Shown piece after piece: positions 19,018 through 24,996 of a stretch of 32,000 bases of DNA. Where the stretch lies: contig JBDHVY010000001.1 of NCBI GenBank assembly GCA_039809905.1, forward strand, positions 1,110,001 through 1,142,000. The letters run 5' to 3'. The notes under the pieces are model-generated. The model was not told the DNA's origin. It saw only the letters and a list, made by a program, of their open reading frames with translations, and searched no databases. The stretch's first letter is position 1. Each line of letters begins with the position of its first letter. A program made the translations under genes and the position numbers. This stretch comes from Candidatus Babelota bacterium (GTDB lineage Bacteria; Babelota; Babeliae; Babelales; Vermiphilaceae).

Positions 19018-19872
19018 CTATGTTTGTCTTAGTTTTATATGAATATTGATTTCAAAAAAATAGTGTACAAGAAAACAGGCCATCAAAGATGCAAAACTTA
19101 TGGTAATGATTCTATTGGATGTCAAAAAAGATTTTGCTGTCTTTGAATTTGGTGTATTAGCAGTAGCTCCGCCATCAGGGGAATTAATTTTTGTAGGAGA
19201 TGTTTGAGTTTTTTCCTGTTTCCATGTATTCGGTTCGCAATATACGACTAATTCGTAACCCAGGCAAGGAAAATTATCTGTATTCACATTTCTATTACTT
19301 GCAAAACCGCTATTTGGCTTGAATCTGGCTAAAGTTATTGCTACAGGGCCTCTATACTTTTCTTGGAGCGTTGTACAAAAATATTCTGTTTCATTAGTTT
19401 GTAACATGCTCAGTGTATCCAATCCCTTCGTATATTGAACGTCTTCTTTTTTTGCCCATGCTATTTTTCGAGGGGTAATTATCTGAGATAATTCATCCTT
19501 GGACAGCCAACTTTTTTGCATTTCATCAGTATGGAGCAGTTTTTTTCCGATAAGTTTTAAGGATTTTTTTTGGGGGTCAAGAATTAGTTTTTTAGTAAAA
19601 TGATCTGTGTTGATTCCTGCTATCGTTGTATTTGTTTCTTCTATTTTGCTTATAAGAAAGTAGATATCTTCATCCATTTTTTCATCACGAGTGTTTGTGT
19701 TTATATGCATCATCAGTGTATGTATATCATATTTTTCTTCGGGATCATTAATTTTAAAAGGATGGTCTAACATTCCTTTTGTTTGGTATACACGGCTACC
19801 GCGAGTCTCGCTGCCGAGTGAATAAAAATGAGCTAGAAATAATATTAATATTATAGGTTTTTTTATTTTCAT
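19018..19872 (-). CDS. Hypothetical secreted protein with C-terminal TM segment
   Basis: Signal peptide MKIKKPIILILFLAHFYSLGS; C-terminal IITISFASLMACFLVHYFF. Confidence 0.68.
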   Translation of the reverse strand: MKIKKPIILILFLAHFYSLGSETRGSRVYQTKGMLDHPFKINDPEEKYDIHTLMMHINTNTRDEKMDEDIYFLISKIEETNTTIAGINTDHFTKKLILDPQKKSLKLIGKKLLHTDEMQKSWLSKDELSQIITPRKIAWAKKEDVQYTKGLDTLSMLQTNETEYFCTTLQEKYRGPVAITLARFKPNSGFASNRNVNTDNFPCLGYELVVYCEPNTWKQEKTQTSPTKINSPDGGATANTPNSKTAKSFLTSNRIITISFASLMACFLVHYFFEINIHIKLRQT

Positions 19873-19942
19873 GTACTAAATATAATATGGCCCTACAATT
19901 TTTACAAGAAACGAGAAATAAGATAGGGTTTAAAAATGATAT

Positions 19943-19964
19943 TCCACCTTTTAACCAGACACTT
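19943..19964 (-). repeat. Remnant of outer-membrane-protein gene 3' end (copy of 20035-20056)
   Basis: tccaccttttaaccagacactt is present at both places, encoding SVWLKGG on the minus strand. Similarity extends to about 34 nt with 2 differences. Confidence 0.75.
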
Positions 19965-20023
19965 TTAGCCCATCTTGCGTTTTTCTCCAGCCGGGCACCC
20001 AAATAAAGACGGGAAAACTTAAT

Positions 20024-21577
20024 TTAAAATGATAGTCCACCTTTTAACCAGACACTTGCTTGTCCCATAGTGGTATTTGTTGGCTGGTAGGCGTTTCTTG
20101 TATTAATACCTTCAAATTCAATTTCAGCACCAATTCCTAAATATGGCACTCGTTGACCTTCCCTGAGATGTGTCCATGCATGAGAAAGATGCCAAAATAA
20201 TTTTTGTGTTAAAATAAGCGGCGATGCAGCAGATTTTACGTTAAGATCTTGCGTCGTGATAAATACAGGAAATAAACCATCAGATACAATAGGGCCTGTT
20301 TCATAAATTGTAGCAAGGCTTTCTGTAGTATTATTAGGTTGTCCGGTGATTGGATTTGCTGCAAATTGTACGCCTTTTAAGCCATATTTATTTGCGGGAA
20401 TTGTTTCACGTAAACATATTTTTTCTCTACTTCTAATCCATCCATTATAACCAATATCAAAAACAAAATCGTTATAGGTATACGCAAACATGAAAATCAT
20501 ATCAACAACAATGCTACAATGAACATTGCATTTTAAGGTAGTGAAATTGATTGCGGGAACAATTCGTTCTGCAAAAATACCATCTTCATCAAATTCTTTT
20601 GCTAAAATATATCGACTAAAAAAACCATTTTTACAGAAATCAAATGAGCGTCTTTGGCGTGCTTTTAACATGGTGGTAAAGTTTGCATCAACCCAAAGCG
20701 CAAGTTCTTGTTCTCCATCTTTTTCCCATAATCGTGTGTGACCAGTAAAACCAAACCCAAGACGCCAATTTTTCCCACAACCGATGATTGGTTCAAAGAA
20801 AAATTCTCCTTTTGGTCTTGATCCTGTAGGTGCAGATGCACGGAAATTAAGACCAAGATGTGATGTTTCTCTTCTGATAAAATCGTAACCAAAAACTATT
20901 TCAAATGCGGCAAATCCACTAAGTGTTTGATCACCACAAATTTTTCCGAATTTTAATTTTTCAACTTCACCAAAAGAAGAAGTTCCTCTCATCGCTTGTA
21001 TAAATGAATCATAGGGTGGAGTAACTTCAGTTGCGGCCATATAGCCAACGGGATATGGAGTATTTTCGCCTTCTTCAAGAATGCTTTCACTTAATTTAAG
21101 ATTCCATTGCGTCCATACTGCTGGTCCACGTAATTGTAAATATAATCCTTGTACCCATGAATCAAACCCAATATATAATGCCATATCCATAATTAAGTTG
21201 CGAATGAGAGGTTTAAAAAATGTGTCATTTGCAAATGCAGGAGAAAGGCCAAAATAATCGGCGAGCAATTCGTTTGTACCTTCACGGCCAGGAAGCTGAC
21301 TGCCAGAAAGAGAAAATGTATCAGAATTAAAAAGGGCAAGTGAAATATTTTTTGGTCTAAGAGATTGATTATACTCAGGAGTAAAAGCAACAACACCATA
21401 ATTTTTTTTTGCATCATAACGGTGAATTAATGGATGCCAGCCAACAATATCGCGCGCAGCATTCATATCTTGTGAGCGAGGACTAAAAAATGAAATTCCG
21501 CGCAGTTGTTCTGATGAATAGAGAAATGATGTTAATGATGTGATAAGCAGAAAAATTATTTTATTTTTTTTAATCAT
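20024..21577 (-). CDS. Putative outer-membrane/beta-barrel family protein, paralog A
   Basis: Signal peptide MIKKNKIIFLLITSLTSFLYS; family motifs ISFFSPRSQDMNAARDIVGW, SGSQLPGREGTNELLADYFGL, RRSFDF...SRYILA; C-terminal SVWLKGGLSF. The ORF extends to 21685, but the methionine at 21577 is the more likely start. Confidence 0.75.
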   Translation of the reverse strand: MIKKNKIIFLLITSLTSFLYSSEQLRGISFFSPRSQDMNAARDIVGWHPLIHRYDAKKNYGVVAFTPEYNQSLRPKNISLALFNSDTFSLSGSQLPGREGTNELLADYFGLSPAFANDTFFKPLIRNLIMDMALYIGFDSWVQGLYLQLRGPAVWTQWNLKLSESILEEGENTPYPVGYMAATEVTPPYDSFIQAMRGTSSFGEVEKLKFGKICGDQTLSGFAAFEIVFGYDFIRRETSHLGLNFRASAPTGSRPKGEFFFEPIIGCGKNWRLGFGFTGHTRLWEKDGEQELALWVDANFTTMLKARQRRSFDFCKNGFFSRYILAKEFDEDGIFAERIVPAINFTTLKCNVHCSIVVDMIFMFAYTYNDFVFDIGYNGWIRSREKICLRETIPANKYGLKGVQFAANPITGQPNNTTESLATIYETGPIVSDGLFPVFITTQDLNVKSAASPLILTQKLFWHLSHAWTHLREGQRVPYLGIGAEIEFEGINTRNAYQPTNTTMGQASVWLKGGLSF

Positions 21578-21606
21578 TGCGTGCCCTTGTGGTAGGAACT
21601 TTTTAA

Positions 21607-21641
21607 CCCCATGTGAAACAGAGTGGAACATGGGGACCCCG
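21607..21641. repeat. Hairpin element, copy 2
   Basis: CCCCATGTGAAACAGAGTGGAACATGGGGACCCCG. Perfect CCCCATGT/ACATGGGG stem; loop shares ACAGAGTGGA with copy 1. Confidence 0.75.
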
Positions 21642-21713
21642 TTCAAGAGATCTCTCTTATTGTTACTGTAGAACGTATGAGGCATTGATTACAAGGGATT
21701 TATATAAGCATAC

Positions 21714-21749
21714 TATTAGAGCCTCTGCAAATTAACAGAGGCTCTAATA
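21714..21749. terminator. Hairpin downstream of the minus-strand four-gene array
   Basis: TATTAGAGCCTCTG / CAGAGGCTCTAATA, 14-bp stem with 8-nt loop, just 3' of the macro-domain gene. The T-tract is weak on the minus strand. Confidence 0.6.
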
Positions 21750-21769
21750 AAAATTGTTAACAATTTTTA

Positions 21770-22834
21770 TTATTTACGTAACTCATCACTAAATTTTTCG
21801 TAAACATTCATATCATCATTTGAAAAAAGTACAAATCTAATTTCATCAAAAGACTTTGGATTACTTTTTACAAAATCTCTCACTGCAGCAAATGCAACTG
21901 GTGTTGCCTTATTGATATCATAACCAAAAATAGCAGTGCTAATTGCGGGAAAAGCAATACTGCGCAAATTATTTTTTTGAGCTATTTTGAGACTGTTTTG
22001 GTATGCATTACGTAATAATATTTCTTTGTCTGGATTGCTTCCCAGTGGCCCTACGGTATTAATGATATTTTTTATACCAACTTTTTGTAAATTAAATGCA
22101 GGTGTGATTACCGCTTCACCAATTTGACATTTTATATTCGGAGCTTTTACTATTGGCATTTCGTTACAATAATTTTGAAACTTTTGCCCTGCGGCGTCAC
22201 GAATTGCTCGCGCAACTCCTCCACGATTACCCAAATGTTCATTAGCGGCATTAACAATGGCATCAACGTTCTGTTTTGTGATATCACCTTGTTCAAAAGT
22301 AATAAGAGTTTCTCTAATATACAGTTCTTCTTCTGGTTGCTGTGGTAATTGTTGTGCTTGCGCTTGCTTTTGTTTTTTTTCTACAACGGGACGTGCCATG
22401 TGTATTACATGCTTTTGTGGTGCGCGATCTATAATATTTTCAATAGATTTATCTAAAGATTCTATGATTCTATCATTCGTTTTCAGATCATCAGACCATG
22501 TTGCATGAATATGTGCGCCTGCTTGTAGTAATGCTTGTTTTTCGATTTTGGAAATATTTATAGATTTAACGAAATCAATAAAAGATTGAGTGAATACATT
22601 ATTTTTTAATACCTGGTCAGAAGGCATTTTTGTTCTTATTATTTCAAGAGCTTGCGCGTATGATTCTGGTTTTTTAATAGCTTTGCGTTGTCGTATAAAA
22701 GGTGTAGGTTTTACCTGAGCTTGAACGGGATTTATTTCTGGTTGCGGCACCGTAATACCTTTTCTTCCTACTTTTGCATTAAGAGGTTCTAAACAGCACA
22801 ACAAAAAAATAAAAATAATTTTTTTATAATTCAT
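21770..22834 (-). CDS. Secreted protein with shared helical module and C-terminal macro domain
   Basis: Signal MNYKKIIFIFLLCCLEPLNA; module SYAQALEIIRTKM...FIDFVKS...ALLQAGAHIHATWSDD; macro domain ITFEQGDITKQNVDAIVNAANEHLGNRGGVARAIRDAAG and FPAISTAIFGYDINKA. Confidence 0.88.
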   Translation of the reverse strand: MNYKKIIFIFLLCCLEPLNAKVGRKGITVPQPEINPVQAQVKPTPFIRQRKAIKKPESYAQALEIIRTKMPSDQVLKNNVFTQSFIDFVKSINISKIEKQALLQAGAHIHATWSDDLKTNDRIIESLDKSIENIIDRAPQKHVIHMARPVVEKKQKQAQAQQLPQQPEEELYIRETLITFEQGDITKQNVDAIVNAANEHLGNRGGVARAIRDAAGQKFQNYCNEMPIVKAPNIKCQIGEAVITPAFNLQKVGIKNIINTVGPLGSNPDKEILLRNAYQNSLKIAQKNNLRSIAFPAISTAIFGYDINKATPVAFAAVRDFVKSNPKSFDEIRFVLFSNDDMNVYEKFSDELRK

Positions 22835-22860
22835 GATTGATTCCTTTGTTTGTGTTGCAA

Positions 22861-23328
22861 TTACAATTTATGTATAGCAGCAGCTATTTGACTTCCAACA
22901 TCTTCTAATATTTCAAGGTTTTCATCTGAATTGTTTGAAAAAACTCCATGCACATCGCGTGCTGTTTGTAACAAAGCTTGCAAATGAGTATCTTCTAACT
23001 GTGCTTGCTGAACTAGGTTTATCATGGAATTAACAAAGGTAGAGTCCAATCTTTTATTTATGTTATCCCATGCAAGTTTTGAATTTTTTACAAAAATCAT
23101 AAGACTTTTAAAGGTGGTGGGCTTTTGTTCACGATGTTGCCTGATTACCGGTTTGGGTTCTGGTTCTGGTTGTACTATTGGATTTGTTGCCACGACAGCT
23201 TTGCGACTACCCTTAGCATCAATACATAGTGCCGAAAATAACATTACCGTGATGAGTGTAATTTTTAAAAATTTCATAAAGATATCCTTTTTTGCGCAAC
23301 TGTGGTTTTCTCTGCGAGAAGAAAGCAC
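22861..23328 (-). CDS. Small secreted protein, apparently the shared module with no C-terminal domain
   Basis: Real start probably the internal MKFLKITLITVMLFSALCIDAKGSRK at about 23277. FVNSMINLVQQAQLEDTHLQALLQTARDVHGVF aligns loosely with the module of its neighbours. Confidence 0.65.
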   Translation of the reverse strand: MLSSRRENHSCAKKDIFMKFLKITLITVMLFSALCIDAKGSRKAVVATNPIVQPEPEPKPVIRQHREQKPTTFKSLMIFVKNSKLAWDNINKRLDSTFVNSMINLVQQAQLEDTHLQALLQTARDVHGVFSNNSDENLEILEDVGSQIAAAIHKL

Positions 23329-23365
23329 ATTTGCTGGTTATATGCTATCTATTTGCTTTTTTATC

Positions 23366-24970
23366 TTACTCTGTGTCTGTGTAATAATTTGACAAAGCAT
23401 CCAGCTCAAAAACATGTAAATCCTCCATGATACCTGTAGAATTGGTTGGGGTATCACCAATAAGCTCTTGTTTAATAGGAGAGAATTTTCCTTTTATTGA
23501 TGGTGGCTCTTCATTGGTTTCATAGTAGGTGTTATAGCTAAATGGCTGTTTATCAGTTCCAAGATATAAGCCACCTTTTTTTATTGAATTATGCAATAAC
23601 CTACCTGCGTGAGGAGTTGGAAAAACAGTCATATATTTTTTATTGAAAAATTGCTTTTCTACTGTACCAGCCCAACCATGAAGTTTCATGGCGATATTTC
23701 TATACGTACCTCTAATCTCATTAAAAGGGTTTTTGAATATACCTCTATGTTCTGTTGATATTGGTGATTTTAATTTTTGCAGCATATCAATCCCTACGCA
23801 TATGATAAGATTGGAATAAGCAGTTTCAAATTGCTCAAGAGTAAAAGACTTTAAATTTATTTCTTGTTTAGGTTTAAAAGGACCCGTTATCGGTTCGTTG
23901 GAGGCATAGGCGATATATATTACAGCATTACTGTCTGTATATCTTTGAAGCATTTGCCCTAAACCAGCTATTCCTGCGCCGATTCCTTCTTCAGTGCCAA
24001 AGAGAATAGAAAATTTTTTCTTATTTGGGCACATTTTTTCTAGTAACTGTGTAATGTAAGGATCGTCTAATCTGAACAAATTAGTGGAAGGACTCTTTTC
24101 TTGTTGTGAGAGATATTTTTGGTCATTACATGTTGTATTTAATACGCGAAGGCTATTTATTACTTGCTTATGATCCAGAAGCGCCTTCATATATTTGTCC
24201 CAAACTGGATAATTTTTATTATCCAATTTTTCCATACCAAAGAAAATTTGTTCTGCAGAAGGTGAAATTCCATATCCTACATAAATATCATAACCTTCTA
24301 ATTTTTTGACTTTTCCTAAAAGATCTTGGTGGGTTTTATCTTTCGTTATAATTGGTGCAGGTTGTGCAACTGGTGCAGTTGGCAGTATTGGTTGAATCGT
24401 TGCGATCGGTTTTGCTGGGATTGTTGGTTTAATTTGTTCTATTGGTTTGGTAGGTGTAATTGGTATTATCTTTTCTGCAGATACAACCGGTTTAGGTATG
24501 GTTACTGGTGGAAGTTTCTCTATGGATTTGGTAGCTGATGATTGTTTAGGTTCTGTTGGTTTGATGCGCATAATATTCTGAATAGTATTGTTCAAAGATA
24601 ATAATGTTTGGTTATTAATTTTGTTATTATCAGTCCATGTTGCGTGGATATGTGCTCCAGCTTCTAACAATGCTTTGGTTTCAATTGGAGAAAGGTTAAG
24701 TGATTGTACAAAATCGATAAATTTTTTGGTGAATGTATTATTAACGAGTATTTCATTTGATGACATTTTGGTTTTTATGGCATTAAGTGCTTGGGCATAT
24801 GATGTTGGTTTTGCCATGGGTTGTTGTAATATTCTAGGAGTAACTATAGGTTGTGCTATCGGTTGCGCTATTGGTTTTGTTGCTGCGGGTGCTTTATGAC
24901 CACCTTTGGCATTAACAGAGAGAGCTGATAACAACAGTATACTGATCAAAAGGTTTTTAAAAAAATTCAT
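23366..24970 (-). CDS. Secreted protein with shared helical module and a C-terminal domain of unknown function
   Basis: Signal MNFFKNLLISILLLSALSVNAKGG; module SYAQALNAIKTKM...FIDFVQS...ALLEAGAHIHATWTDN; Pro-rich linker; C-terminal domain KKFSILFGTEEGIGAGIAGLGQML. Confidence 0.78.
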   Translation of the reverse strand: MNFFKNLLISILLLSALSVNAKGGHKAPAATKPIAQPIAQPIVTPRILQQPMAKPTSYAQALNAIKTKMSSNEILVNNTFTKKFIDFVQSLNLSPIETKALLEAGAHIHATWTDNNKINNQTLLSLNNTIQNIMRIKPTEPKQSSATKSIEKLPPVTIPKPVVSAEKIIPITPTKPIEQIKPTIPAKPIATIQPILPTAPVAQPAPIITKDKTHQDLLGKVKKLEGYDIYVGYGISPSAEQIFFGMEKLDNKNYPVWDKYMKALLDHKQVINSLRVLNTTCNDQKYLSQQEKSPSTNLFRLDDPYITQLLEKMCPNKKKFSILFGTEEGIGAGIAGLGQMLQRYTDSNAVIYIAYASNEPITGPFKPKQEINLKSFTLEQFETAYSNLIICVGIDMLQKLKSPISTEHRGIFKNPFNEIRGTYRNIAMKLHGWAGTVEKQFFNKKYMTVFPTPHAGRLLHNSIKKGGLYLGTDKQPFSYNTYYETNEEPPSIKGKFSPIKQELIGDTPTNSTGIMEDLHVFELDALSNYYTDTE

Positions 24971-24996
24971 AAAAATATCCTTCTCTCACTTCTTAC

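Noticed and set aside
24106-24899. Plus-strand ORFs at 24106-24309, 24326-24538 and 24588-24899
   Set aside because: Antisense to the well-supported minus-strand secreted protein gene; composition such as CNWCSWQYWLNRCDRFCWDCW is typical of an antisense reading.
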